Assembly: GCA_964016885.1 (NCBI GenBank)
Contig: OZ024751.1
Location: forward strand, 17,422,001-17,486,000
Reading direction: 5' to 3'
Length of the DNA: 64,000 bases
Source: Eledone cirrhosa
Taxonomy: Eukaryota
Below are positions 13,585 to 27,429 of the stretch, in pieces. The first letter of the stretch is position 1; each line of letters begins with the position of its first letter. A program made the position numbers and the translations under genes. Below the pieces are notes generated by a model. It did no database searches, was not told where the DNA came from, and saw only the letters and a list, made by a program, of their open reading frames with translations.

Positions 13585-14080
13585 ATAATAATTAATGTGA
13601 AGACTAAAATCCAAAGAGGACTCGATAAGGATAAATATATATAAAATATATAAGAACCGTAGAGCAAATATTTATTAAAATAACAGATTAAAGTTTAAGC
13701 AAAGAATCGCTGCTTTCACCCTTAACGGGATCTTCTGAAACTAACAAAGTCAATCTGTGAACGCAAAAGTGAATATTTCAAAAACGTTGCAACAGGAGGA
13801 AGACAGGAAGACGATACTTTGGTTCCTGGAAACGTTCCCTGGCAAAGAACGGGAAAATGATGCTCACCGCTCCAAATAATGACGTATCATATTCGTTTTT
13901 TCCCGTTCTTTGCCAGGGAACGTTTCCACGAACCAAAGTATCGTCTTCCTGTCTTCTTTCGGTTGCAACGTTTTTTTAAATATTCACTTTTGCGTTCCCA
14001 GATTGACTTTGTTAGTTTCAGAAGATCCTGTTGAGGGTGAAAGCAGCGATTCTTTGCTTAAACTTTAATCTGTTATTTTA

Positions 14081-14086
<6 letters not shown>
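13581..14086 (-). mobile_element. Family D longest copy with ~190-bp fold-back arms
   Basis: Arms about 13669-13860 and 13893-14086 are reverse complements. (TA)n on both sides. Confidence 0.8.
13692..13742 (-). ncRNA. Non-canonical hammerhead-like motif (family D, core CAGAAGA); mirrored at 14014-14064 (+)
   Basis: AGTTT-CAGAAGA-TCCC-gttaa-GGGT-GAAA-GCA...TGC-TT-AAACT. U4 is replaced by A. Confidence 0.45.
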
Positions 14087-14152
<66 letters not shown>

Positions 14153-14158
<6 letters not shown>

Positions 14159-14580
14159 ATACTTGGGGAAGTTCATATTGTTATAATATTGCCAGCAATA
14201 ATAACAGAACACACTCACTGTTTGGTTGGGGTTGGCTTTCTCTTCTGTATCTTTTATATCTCTATAGTTAATTTATTTGGCAATCAATGTTTATCAGCGG
14301 TTAAAAATACAGATATAAATAAATATATATAGTCTATCAAATTCCTTTCATCGCACATCTGCAACATCATAAGTGGTGCTATTATGTTTCCACCCATTGT
14401 ATTGTAATGTTTCCTCCTATTGTTTTGTAATGTCTACGCCATTTTTATTTCATTTATTTATTTATTACTTCTTGTCATTGTCTCTGCGCATGCGTTTGCG
14501 TATGTGTATAACGTTTGGCGTGTGTGTTTAATATAGAAATTGCTTCTACAGGACTAGAACTCTGTGTATGTATGAAATAC
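14153..14580 (-). mobile_element. Family H-related element (decayed)
   Basis: Shares ATTGCCAG..AATAACAGAACACACTCACTGTTTGGTTGG with 34801-34955. Its reverse complement resembles 48245-48815 (CCCAAGTATAACAAT; GCGCATGCG). Confidence 0.55.
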
Positions 14581-14940
14581 AATAGTGAGCTGTAATATCA
14601 TTTCTTAACAATGATAAAAGATAGATATAACTTTGGCAGTTATATAAAATAACGCAGGGGTGTATGGATCAAATAGCCTTTTTTTATTTTATAAACTGCA
14701 ATCATTAAAACTGCAATCATAACTCAAAATAATGAACCTTAATATACATAATAGTTTGTATCGTGTTTTAATATTTGCGTCTCATTCTTTCAATTATATT
14801 TTATAGCATAATTCCCATCTAATTCTGAGAATCCCCAAACACTATTTTTTTTTTCATTGAGAATCATTCATATTTATCCACAAAATATATGAAATAATAT
14901 ATAAAATTTTATATTCGTTTTTATGTTATATTACAATACA

Positions 14941-14958
14941 TTATTTCTTTGATTTCAG
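14941..14958 (+). other. Putative splice acceptor for the GPCR exon (5' UTR part 14959-15375)
   Basis: Pyrimidine tract TTATTTCTTTGATTTCAG about 420 bp upstream of the ATG. Confidence 0.45.
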
Positions 14959-15375
14959 ATATTTTCATCTGGAATATTTTCCTTCATCAAGTATGCTACA
15001 TTTCACCTCAATTATACATCGTACAAAATATTCAGATTGAATTCTCATTGGACATCTGAATTAGGTACCTTTATCACAGACATTGGAGTTTTAAATTGTA
15101 AAATAAAACAGAAATTATTAATGATGATGTCGGAAAAGAAGAGAACAGTATTGAAGATGACGTTAGCCATAATGCTTTTAAAGAAAAAGATGCAGAGGTA
15201 ATCATTCGCCTGCAGGAATATAGAGGCAATTGAAATAAAGTGTAAAAGAGTATTTGAAGCGGTGGATTCTTGATAAATACATACAAAGCAGTAGAGCGGC
15301 TAACAGAAAGGATAGCATTATATTCATTTTCATAAAACTATTGTAAATTATCATCTGTGAGAACTTCAATTTAAA

Positions 15376-16113
15376 ATGGAAGCTCATATGAACTTCAGCT
15401 ACTACAACAAAACCGAACTTGAAGAATACAAACCACCACCAATATATGTACAAATAATATTTGTTATATTCTATGGATTAGTGGTTTTGGTTGCCGTTGG
15501 AGGTAACGTTCTGGTTTGTCACATTATTCTGGTGTTCCAAAGGATGCGGACTGCGACAAATCTGTTCTTACTCAATTTGGCTATCAGTGACATACTCATG
15601 GCGATACTTTGCATCCCTTTGACTTTTGTTTCTAATGTTATGCTGAACTACTGGCCTTTCGGAAACATCATGTGTCCAATTGTAACTTACATCCAGACTG
15701 TATCTGTTTTTCTCAGTGCATTCACACTAGTTGCAATGAGCATGGACCGTTACGTGGCCGTCCTGCATCCTCTTCGACCCAAACTGACCAACACACAAGC
15801 CGTCAAAATCATTGCAATCACGTGGGTTTTAGCTATGGCTGCTCCCTTACCTACTGCAATTGTATCTCGCGTTCTCACTGAAACCTCCGATGGAAATGAA
15901 TCAGATGCCTTCAATGGTTTATGTCAAGAAATCTGGGAGCATGATTACCAACGCTACAGCTACAGTATGGTTATAATGTTCCTTCAGTACTTTATACCAC
16001 TTATAGTTCTTATATTCACATACGCTCGGATTGGATACATTGTATGGATCAAAAGTCCTCCTGGAGAAGCAGTACGAAATCGCGATGAACGAATGGCAGC
16101 CTCGAAACGTAAG
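15376..16113 (+). CDS. Rhodopsin-family neuropeptide GPCR, luqin/RYamide-receptor-like; first coding exon (TM1-TM5 + ICL3)
   Basis: ORF has GN in TM1, NLAISD in TM2, WPFG-xx-C in ECL1, DRY, the TM4 W, an ECL2 Cys, QYFIPL in TM5, and ICL3 PPGEAVRNRDERMAASKRK typical of luqin/RYamide receptors. It ends at a phase-0 donor AAG|GTAAAG (16113/16114). No TM6-TM7 exon was recognised in the window. Confidence 0.9.
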
Positions 16114-16719
16114 GTAAAGAAAACATAACTCTTACTCTTAAAAATCTATGCCAAAATATTTCTATTTGTTTCTTTTCTTTCATATATATATCAGTAGTTA
16201 TTGATGGCTCTTTTAATGCATGTATTTATAGCAGTCTATCAGTTCATATCATTTAACTTAATTAATGTTTCTTCTACATTGATACAATTAAGTGCATGAG
16301 CGTACATGACTGTACATTTAACTGTCAATTTGTATATATGTGAATATAGAGTTGTCTGACTTTATATACATATATACAGTGCTTATGCTTTTCAAAAGTA
16401 GAATTGAGATGGATGGTTTGTGTTTCTTCTCGCATTTTCGATTTCTTTTCCTTATACTTATACTTTCACTCGTGTAGGACATCTATTTTTTTTTATTAAA
16501 AAAACCTAATTTTCTTTATATATATATATATATGTGTTGTTCTCTCATATCAATAAACATGGACGTATCATAGTTTAATCATTGCTAAACTTCTCTATGC
16601 TCATACTCTGATAATAGAGTAGTTTCTCGAACTTTAGGTAATTTATTTGTGTAATTTATTCTGTTTTATCTTAGGTTATCATATAGTCATTGTTTTATCT
16701 TAGGTTATGATATAGTCAT

Positions 16720-17040
16720 AGGCGGTGAATTTGTAGAGTTGTTAGAACGTCGGATAGAATGCTTTAAGTTATTCGTTCCGGCTCTCTGCTCACTGAGTTC
16801 AAATCTCGCCGAGGTCAACTTTGACTTTCATCCTTTTGAGGTCGTTAAAAAAAGTACCAGTCTTGTACTGGGGTCAATCCTTCCTCTATCTCATTTCCTC
16901 TCTCTTACTTTATATCTTTCTCTGGAAGAAATCTGCTGTACTCAAGTCTAAAATCGGTTGTTTTCCGCCAGCTTAAAATACCCAAGAAACACCGTCTGTC
17001 AATACAGCGCCCCTATGACTCTAGCAGGAGTTACGGGACA
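16720..17040 (+). mobile_element. Older SINE subfamily copy plus 3' extension
   Basis: GGCGGTGAATTTGTAGAG...GAGTTCAAATCTCGCCGAGGTCAACTTTGACTTTCATCC. The tail GAAATCTGCTGT...GGAGTTACGG also occurs at about 4440-4550. Confidence 0.65.
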
Positions 17041-17490
17041 TTAATTACCATATCATAATATAGTCACTATTCTTTTAACCTCTATTTCCCCCTAACGAGA
17101 GCGCGAAACGTCATGAGCGTTTTTCACTCTATATTTGAGAATATTGATGAAAGATATGTTAAGCCAAATAGTACTCACATGATACTAACCTCGTTGGGAA
17201 ATATTACTTCATTGAAATGACACTCCATCGCAGTTAAATATAGCTGCTGATATGTTGACTCATATTTGCCAAACGCGTTCTGGGTATCGAACCAATGGTA
17301 TTATGGTTGTAAATCCTCAAAACTCTGCACCTTGTCGCATTTCTAGCTGGTGTTTACAAATGTAATTTCGTCCTCATATATTATGAAATTCTTCGTACAT
17401 CTCTGTTTCAGGGGTCACTGACCCTTTACCCTGTAACACCATCCTGGTTCTTGACTGTTCATCTTTTCCTCTCAAGCAGTTACTATCGAT

Positions 17491-17584
<94 letters not shown>

Positions 17585-17594
17585 TATAATTAAT

Positions 17595-17629
<35 letters not shown>

Positions 17630-17778
17630 AAAGAAAATTTCGCTCTACATGGCTGAATACAATAAATGTAATCTGAGTTTTTCGAATATTAATAAAAACA
17701 TTCTATTGACATCGCTATGAAATTGAGGCTTGTTCCCAAAATTGCAAACGAATCGAATGTTATTATTAATATTCGAAA

Positions 17779-17967
17779 TCACGCGGTGGATTGGCAGTAT
17801 CGGTAGAGTGTCAGGCGCCATGCTTTGCAGCACAGTTGCGTCCCTTTACGGACTGAGTTCAAATCCCGCCGAGGTTAACTTTGCCTTTCATCCTTACGGG
17901 GTCGATAGAATAAAGTACCAGTATTACACTGTGATAATTGCTGGCCTTGTGCCAAAAAGTAGATACA
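17779..17967 (+). mobile_element. Full-length SINE with 17-bp TSD, inserted into a family N fold-back element (about 17630-18001)
   Basis: ATTATTAATATTCGAAA at 17762-17778 and 17968-17984. The host sequence matches 36491-36620. Confidence 0.85.
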
Positions 17968-18029
17968 ATTATTAATATTCGAAAAACTCAGATTACATTT
18001 ATATATATATATGTGTGTGTGTGTCTGAA

Positions 18030-18128
<99 letters not shown>

Positions 18129-18339
18129 GGAAATCAGTAAAATCGAATCTCTGGCGGTTTGCAAGTAAATTCGGCCTACTTATATGAAGTGATGGGTTAG
18201 CGAAGCACTCGATAAGATAGTTCTCAGAGTTATAACATACGTTTAAATAGCTTGACAAATCGAACAATGTGGTAGGTTAAATTAACACACAATACATACC
18301 AAAGTAACGAAAAAACTAATCAGGTTGAGAAAAAGAAAA

Positions 18340-18398
<59 letters not shown>

Positions 18399-18678
18399 GT
18401 GTGTGTGTGTGTACGTTCAGACACACACACGCGCAAATATGTGGGAGATAGTGATATATAAATACAAATATACTCACATATAAATACTCACATATAAATA
18501 CAAATATACTACATATATTGGCCATAGGTTGTGGAAAGATCTCGAATTACTACATATTATAACATGTGCAATCAGAATTGTTACTCTCATTTTTTCAATG
18601 TCAATTTGACGAATGAATGTAGTAAAGAAAACAACTTCTTAAGTATATTTTCCGTGCTATTTCCAATTCCACTTTCTT

Positions 18679-18711
<33 letters not shown>

Positions 18712-18957
18712 AATATTAATTCAGCGAGAATCGCATTTTGGCGGGTAGAAATAGCGAAACAAAATGCAAAAATTAGAATTATGCTGCTAAGCACTCCATA
18801 GTTAAAAAAAACAGAGCTAAACAATATGTTAAAACGCCATTCAAAACTAAAAATGTGGTCAAGAAAGCATCAACCAAAAAGCAAATGAAGCTAAACAGGT
18901 CAAAAGCAAATCAAGCTAAACATGTCAAAACAAAATAAATGATATGTGTGTGCGTTT

Positions 18958-18991
<34 letters not shown>

Positions 18992-19344
18992 TTGTCTGTG
19001 TGTGTATAAAAAAAACAAGATGTCCTGCACGGATGAAAGTATAAGGAAAAGAAATCGAAAATGCAACTAGAGTTTTGTGGTTGGCTTGTTATGGTGCATT
19101 TCTTGTCTATGTTTTTGAATAAACAAATTTTCGTTATCTATTTGTATTTGGTCTGTTGTATTGTCAGTGCAAAGATAAAGTGGAAATACTTGGAATTTGG
19201 GTGTCTTATTGTTTTCACATGTCTAGATGTCCACTGAGTGGTATCTGTCTTGTGGTTGGGTCTCGTAATTCATCGTCAACAATTAATTGGACACGGTTAT
19301 ACAGCCAATTGAAAAAAAAAAATATATATATATATATATGTGTG

Positions 19345-19377
<33 letters not shown>

Positions 19378-19775
19378 CTGTCTGTGTGTGTGTGTGTGTG
19401 CGTGAGTGTGTGTGTTAATTCAAAAGTCGGATGATATACTCTTTTACTCTTTTACCTGTTTCAGCCATCCGGCTGAGGCCATGCTGGGGCACCGCCCTAT
19501 ATATATATATAAAATAAACATATCAAACAATTACAGGGGATAATTTGTAAAGAGTGTAACCACATGAAATTAAACAAGAACTTTGAATATAGATACCTTG
19601 CAATAATGATTAATACCCTTTGTATATATTCCAGTGAAGAAATAAATTTTACCATTAATCGGTGAATCACAAATGTCAAATCTTGGATCATCGGCAAAGG
19701 AATTTTTGAGCATATTCCATTCCACAGATGGTATGGCGCATAATTCTGATATTCTCAGACATAACATCCTTTTTG

Positions 19776-19828
<53 letters not shown>

Positions 19829-19872
19829 ATTACTGTTAGCTTCTAGCTACAACAATTTCTATACTTTTCATT

Positions 19873-19917
<45 letters not shown>

Positions 19918-19918
<1 letters not shown>

Positions 19919-20064
19919 GTGTAAGAAGGTAATAGGGACGTTTACAAGATAAGAAAAGTTGCTCTTCGTAGTAAACAGCTGACAAAGGGCAACTGTTGTT
20001 CTCTTGTTTACGTCTCTATTACCTTCTTACACTTCGTTTTCAGTAACCACACAGTCAGTCTCTT

Positions 20065-20070
<6 letters not shown>
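19918..20070 (+). mobile_element. (TA)n-embedded fold-back island
   Basis: AGTGTAAGAAGGTAATAGGGACGT (from 19918) pairs with ACGTCTCTATTACCTTCTTACACT (to about 20033). Confidence 0.55.
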
Positions 20071-20121
<51 letters not shown>

Positions 20122-20134
20122 GTATATACACTCA

Positions 20135-20210
<76 letters not shown>

Positions 20211-20476
20211 TATAATATATATATGTATGAAGAATCCTATCTTTTGATCACCTGCTCAAAGAATTCTCCTTCCTTTTTTCCATTTACTTTACTCCACCTC
20301 GTACCTCACATTTTATTTACTCCCCATGCTCTCTCTTATCCACTAATTCATATCTAATCATTAAAATAGAGCCATCACTATCATACCCAAACACTCAGCA
20401 ACGTACTGACGACTCTGTATGTCACTCGGTATACTTGATGATCTTCTACGAATGAAACAGTACGAATCATTTCAAG

Positions 20477-20520
<44 letters not shown>

Positions 20521-20553
20521 GACATTTGTATTTGCATATATGACTATATACAG

Positions 20554-20586
<33 letters not shown>

Positions 20587-20762
20587 GCGAGAGAGAGAGA
20601 TTTTGAGTATATTTTGGTTGTATACCAACACCTAGTATGCAGGCTGGAGCACTCGACGAAGTGCGCAGGTTGGTTTGGTTACTCCGGAGTAATGTAAAAT
20701 AAACTAAAATAAAATAAAGTAATATAAAAAGTCAAATTTTTAAAATTTAGCTTCGTTTATTA

Positions 20763-20815
20763 CAGCTATATATATTTCGGTGACAGCCATCTTTGGCTGT
20801 GACCTCTTTAGGCAG
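20763..20815 (-). ncRNA. Degenerate hammerhead motif within an element at about 20600-20900 (-)
   Basis: Minus strand: CTGC-CTAAAGA-GGTCACAGCC-aaagat-GGCTGTCACC-GAAA-TATATA-TA-GCTG. G5 is replaced by A. GTCGAGTGCT lies downstream (about 20648-20657). Confidence 0.6.
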
Positions 20816-21319
20816 TCCGAATTTGTGTGGTATAGACAAGTACATATGTTGTTGAGCTGTATAATTTTGTCAATACTCTGATATGCCCAGTTCCTGGGCA
20901 TGGATATATATGGATATATATATATATATCCATCCTGCGAAAGCAATATGTCATGCTTTTTGGACAAGATACCATTATATTATTTAGACCTATTAATTAT
21001 TAAGTATGAACATTTAGTGGAGATACTAATTTCTTTTTACAGATGCATTTACAAGCAATAACATTGTTTTAGCCGTCACTGTGATGTGCAACTTAAACTC
21101 ACTGAAGAAATATAAACATATAATACTTTGTTATTTTGTTTTGTTTTTTGTATAATAGCCATCATCTTCTTTCGCGTTTAATCCCATTCTCTTTAGATGA
21201 AAACATGTGTACAGGTGTTTTAAATAACACATACAACTATTAGTTAGGAAATAATTGTTTATATTCTGGTGTATCTTAAACTGCACTTCAAAGCATTGAA
21301 TAGGCGCGCTATATATATG

Positions 21320-21466
<147 letters not shown>

Positions 21467-21495
21467 GTATATATATATACATATATATATATATG

Positions 21496-21526
<31 letters not shown>

Positions 21527-21651
21527 GTATATATGTATATATATATATGTATATATATATACATATATATATATATATGTAGATATGTATGTAGATGTAT
21601 ATATATGTATATATATATATATGTATATATAAGTATGTATATATGTATATA

Positions 21652-21728
<77 letters not shown>

Positions 21729-21801
21729 GTATATATGTATATATATATATATATACTATATATATATACATATATACATACATATATACATACATATATA
21801 C

Positions 21802-21853
<52 letters not shown>

Positions 21854-21895
21854 TACATATCATGCGTATATATACATACATATATACATAAATAT

Positions 21896-21960
<65 letters not shown>

Positions 21961-22360
21961 TACATATCATGCGTAGGTGTGTTTACGTTTGTCTGTGTAC
22001 CAAAATATGTGGGACGATACATATATGTATGTGTATGTCTCCTTTGTTTGTTGGTTTTTCGAAAAATTCCAACTCCCAGTGTTCCAATTTTTCAAGCTAG
22101 GATACAATCTACACTTGAAATGATTGTAGGTGTTTTACCATTCAACAGAAGCATGCACCTTATATACACCTCATAGAGACATTCACACATACAGTGTCAG
22201 GGATAAGTCTGATGTTTTCAATTATATGTACAAGTCATTTTGCCAGCTGACTAAAGGTGAGTCACATTAGTTACTTGCTCATATATCCTAATCAAGAAAC
22301 TACGATCTATACAATTTTATGGAGATAGAAGCATTAAATGTGATATATACATGTACATAC

Positions 22361-22411
<51 letters not shown>

Positions 22412-22520
22412 TATACATACATATATATATGCATATACAAACACATATATGCACACAGACATATATATATATATACATACACACACATGCACACAGACAT
22501 ATATATATACATACACACAC

Positions 22521-22551
<31 letters not shown>

Positions 22552-22626
22552 TTTATATATATATACACACACACACACATACACACATATATATGTACAC
22601 ACAGACACACACACACACATATATAC

Positions 22627-22749
<123 letters not shown>

Positions 22750-22752
22750 CAT

Positions 22753-23010
22753 AAATCAGGAAAGAAGATTGACACGGTTTGCTATACAAAAAAGGTTTGT
22801 AATCTCATTGCTGACAATTGTTTCTCTGAACTGATTCTCGCAAGCTCCGATGAACTGACTGGTTATAATTTTGTATTGGCGATCGAGTAACGCGAAAACA
22901 AGCGGATAGCGATCTCTAGACCTACCAGTTCAGAGAAACAATTGTCAGCATTGAGATTAAAAACCTTTTTTGTATAGCAAACCGTTTCACTCTTCTTTCC
23001 TGATTTATTA
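22753..23010 (+). mobile_element. Fold-back island next to (TA)n
   Basis: Arms about 22753-22841 and 22926-23008 are reverse complements (AAATCAGGAAAGAAGA... / ...TCTTCTTTCCTGATTT). Confidence 0.65.
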
Positions 23011-23734
23011 TTACTCCAAGTGTTTACAACATACGAATTACAGCGTACTCGCAGCATCACTATGGATACGCCTTCTTGAGCCAAACTTAGCCAAGCGTTG
23101 ATATCATCCCCTACCCGGAGTACCATAACTGGACTACACCTAAGTGTACTGCATATAACAATTATTTGTTACCCCAAGCTTTTCGTTAGACATGTTGAGG
23201 CCCAAATCTTTGCCCAGTACCCCTCTGACCTCTCCCCATCCACACGCGCACACACACCGACCTACACCCCACCACACACACACACACACACACCTTTTCC
23301 TGAACATGGAACCTGCTTCTTCCCACAACTCTCACATTCACATACACACACACACACACACACATACACACACGTACACCTACACACATACACCACCTTC
23401 AGCCCTCCCCGCTAGGACACCACGCCTTCCTCTCCCCATTCCACCCGCCAACACCATAAACGCCCCATATACTTCCACCACTTGTTTTTTCTTCATGTTT
23501 ATCTTAATTTTAATTTTTTTAATTTTATTTGTACCCCTTCCATATGTATACATACATAGTAATAATATTTACGAAGACCAAAATCCGAAGAGGGCTCGAT
23601 AAGGATTATATATATGTATATAATATATATATATTGCGAGAGAGATATAGAAAAACAGGTACATAGGTTCAGAGATGACTGATATATATAATTCATAAAG
23701 ACTACAATTGCATTTTCAACTTCTTTTTTCCCCG

Positions 23735-23765
<31 letters not shown>

Positions 23766-23774
23766 TGTGTGTGG

Positions 23775-23841
<67 letters not shown>

Positions 23842-24191
23842 GGAAATGTAACATTATACATACAATGCTTACACCTTTTGAAAATTTCCTGTTGCTACTC
23901 TGTATTGAGGGAATGTACAATTATGTCTATATAACAATGCCTGTATATGGATATTATGGGTTCTGCGAAATGCTTCATAACGTTCCAAATAATTGGATGT
24001 ACAACTCTCTTGAAACACGTATCAGTAAATATGGTATTAAATGATAGAATTTGATTTTTCCATCGATATACTTGTTTATATATACACATAAATACCTGGT
24101 GTACCCCAAAAATGTATACAGACTTCACTTCAACAGCATTTTAAACAAAGTGTAAATACATTTTTGGAACACCATATGTGTGTGTGTATAT

Positions 24192-24252
<61 letters not shown>

Positions 24253-24867
24253 AGTGAGAGGAGAGGAGAGAACGATACAGAGATTGATTGGTTGAAAGAT
24301 AGATAGACAGATAGATATTGCGGTGACTGACATGGGGAAGTTGTTAATGCGTTTCCTTCCCATTGCGGTGTTTCCTGTTGGTTTCTTCCTTGAAATATGT
24401 CATATTATGTCCAAAATCTTTTATATTCAAATTCTTAGGCGTTTATTGGTTCACAATTTCCCTGCAGGTAATATATCTAGATATAATAAATCCTTGTCTA
24501 GAAACTTCCGGAAATAATAACCATCATTCTTTCCCTTCGGGATTATTTGATTAGTTTAGACATTTATTTCAATTTCAACATAAGAGAATGCCAACCAATA
24601 TAGAGAGTTTTAAAACATCGGAAAAATTGCGTCATTCCTTTCGGTTCTCTCTGCTATTTGTTCAAAATACGACGCAGTCAATTTTGCTGTTCGCCGTTTC
24701 GCAATAAATTACTGGTCCAGTATGTACGTATGTATAGTCCAGTAACTTCTGATAGAATCGTAGAGGCTCCGTATTGAAATATGATGTTTCTTGGGCATTT
24801 TAAGGCCGGCGGAAAACAACACTCTCCAGGCCTGAGTGCAGCAGATTTCTTCCAGAGAAAGATTGAA

Positions 24868-24921
<54 letters not shown>

Positions 24922-24944
24922 AATGAGAAAGAGATGTAGAGTAA

Positions 24945-25104
24945 AAATCGAGTCCAGTACTAGACTGGTACGTTTTTATCGACATCGTAAAGATAAAAGG
25001 CAATGTTGAGCTCCGCGAGATTTGAACTCAAAGAGCAGAAAACGTGAACGAATACCATAAAGCATTCTGTCCGACGTTCTAACAACTCTGCCAATTTGCC
25101 GCCT
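24945..25104 (-). mobile_element. Older SINE copy
   Basis: GCGAGATTTGAACTCA...CTCTGCCAATTTGCCGCC matches the reverse of the SINE head. Confidence 0.65.
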
Positions 25105-25433
25105 ACACAAATCCAGTAAGGAGGTTAATACTTCCTTTATATCTTTTTTTCACTTCCACTCCATCACACACGTTCTGCCTCTCTCATTCTCTTTCCCTCT
25201 CTCTCTCACTCTCCCCCTCTGGCTCTCTCTATTTATCCTTGCCCCCTACACTCTCTCTTTCTGCATCCTTCTAGCTGTATGTCTCTCTATTTATCTATCA
25301 ATCTATCTTCCTCTCTTTCTCGATCTCTGTCTCTCTTCTCTGGAAGAAGTCGGTCATCTCCAGACCTGGAGAGGAAACGAGCTCCACGAGGTTTAGAAAA
25401 CCAAAGACAATCTACATGTCACGACGACGCCTT

Positions 25434-25731
25434 ATGATTCCATCTAATCTAATTGCATTTGTATATATCAGGATGGATCCAGTTTTAAACTAGTTACACC
25501 ATTACTCAACAAAGTATTTGATACATTGGATAGAAGAGTATATGGCTATATAACAAAGAGTCTATATATATATATATGAAGAGTCAGGCTGCGACTCTTT
25601 GTTATATAGCCATATACTCTTCTATCCAATGTATCAAATACTTTGTTGAGTAATGGTGTAACTAGTTTTAAACTGGATCCATCCTGATATATATATATAT
25701 ATACAAATGCAATTAGATTAGATGGAATCAT
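25434..25731. repeat. Near-perfect ~130-bp-arm inverted repeat next to (TA)n
   Basis: 25434-25562 is the reverse complement of 25592-25731. The arms differ mainly in the length of an internal (TA)n run. Confidence 0.85.
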
Positions 25732-26168
25732 ATATATATATATATATATATATGATTACATAACATTGTTTTGCTTCTCATTTTTAATATTTTTAATATT
25801 TCTCTGCACACAAGCTTCTATATCATACATATAAAAAAAATACTTTACCAATACAACCCCCATAATACTCTTGTTTGCCAGCTTAAAGTGCTTGTATTAC
25901 ATATAACACCCTGCCGCACTATAATCTTATATAAATAAGACACACGTGCATGCCCCAATGTAACTATTGCATACACTAACTACTAACTATCATCTTCCAT
26001 TATCTTCTTAAAGTGCCAATGTTGTATTTTAACTTTAATCTTGTTTTCGTTTAATATGACTTTAATCTTTGAATGTAAATTGCCATGCTAAAATATTATA
26101 ATGGATGTCAACCCACTGTGCATCAATATATACATATGTTTCTGTATGTCTCTTGTGTTGGAAAGGTG

Positions 26169-27142
26169 GTCGGGTCAATAATCTCTAATACTCAGTCGCT
26201 TTGAAAAATGAATCATCCAAAGAGTTCAAATATTCATTAACAACTCTCCAGTTGCAAAGTGATTACCACTGAGCTCTTTCTTAAGCAGTCTGAAGAAAAA
26301 GAAGTCACTTGGAGCTATGTCTGGAATATAAGGAGGGTGAACGAGTTGATGAAAGCCACATTTTTCAATGCATTCTTGTGCAAGTTTTGCTGTGTGAATT
26401 GTCGATTAGAAGCCAAAGTGGCACATTAGGCATCTTCCGCGTTTTCTCCTTACATTCAGTAACCAGTTTACTAAAATAAGAAGCATTGCAGACCATGCCT
26501 TTATCCAGAAAATCAGTGCTAATAATTCCCTTCCTAGTCCAGAAAATTGAAAACATGAACTCACATCTATGGCTGGTTCCGCTTCTCATTTTGATAGGAG
26601 GTTTTTCATCATATTTTCTCCACTCAGCTGAGGTTCTGCTACTACACAGCTTTCTGTACCCTAAATTAGATATCATAGATACAGCAGAGCCTTTGCTCAC
26701 CTTTAGTAAACTTGCTAAGTCTTGAATTTTTATCCTCCTGTTGTCACGAATGAATTGTTCACATTGCACTGCTTTTTTGTCTGAAATCTCCGTTGGTCTG
26801 CCACTTTTTGTATTATCGTCCTCAACACATGTACGACCATTTTTGAATTGCCGAAGCCAATAATATACTGTTGCCTTTGATGGACAATCATTATTATATA
26901 CTTTCATCATATCCTTGAGAGTTTCCTCAGGTGTTTTTCCAAGTAGAAAGTAGAATTTTATTACACTTCTGTATTCAATTGATGTCATATATTAATTTAT
27001 GCGCCAACCAATGTAAACAAAATTATGAAGTATTAAAACAAACTTTTCTTTACTAGTATTGAATGTATTTTCAAATAAAATTCGTTTGAATGTTCTAGCT
27101 TTTTCTTTTCATACCGAGTATTAGAGATTATTGGCCCGACGG
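26169..27142 (-). mobile_element. Mariner (DD34D-type) transposon with internally deleted transposase
   Basis: TIRs GTCGGGTCAATAATCTCTAATACTC (from 26169) and GAGTATTAGAGATTATTGGCCCGAC (27116-27140), with TA at the right end. ORF 26988-26365 has the mariner HTH (YRSVIKFYF...TVYYWLRQFKNGR...SGRP) and DN. A frameshifted HPPYIPDIAPSDF follows. The WVPHEL linker and first catalytic D are missing. Confidence 0.88.
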
Positions 27143-27160
27143 TATATATCTATCTATCTA

Positions 27161-27192
<32 letters not shown>

Positions 27193-27398
27193 AATACATA
27201 CATATATCTATATATATATATATAAATACATACATATAATTATATATGTATATATATATATATAAATGCATACATATATATAAATACATACATATATATA
27301 TGCATATATATATATATATATATAAATACATACATATATATATATGTATATATATATATAAATACATGCATCCATATATATATAAATATATATCTATG

Positions 27399-27429
<31 letters not shown>

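Noticed and set aside
16114-16128. ORF tail VKKT* as the GPCR C-terminus
   Set aside because: It is read-through past a canonical GT donor. The protein would lack TM6-TM7.
20402-20465. CTGACGA...GAAACAGTACG as a hammerhead
   Set aside because: Stem I, stem III and the cleavage triplet cannot all be formed. At best a decayed remnant.
22845-22915. CCGATGA...GAAA inside the fold-back spacer
   Set aside because: No convincing stems, so not called a ribozyme.
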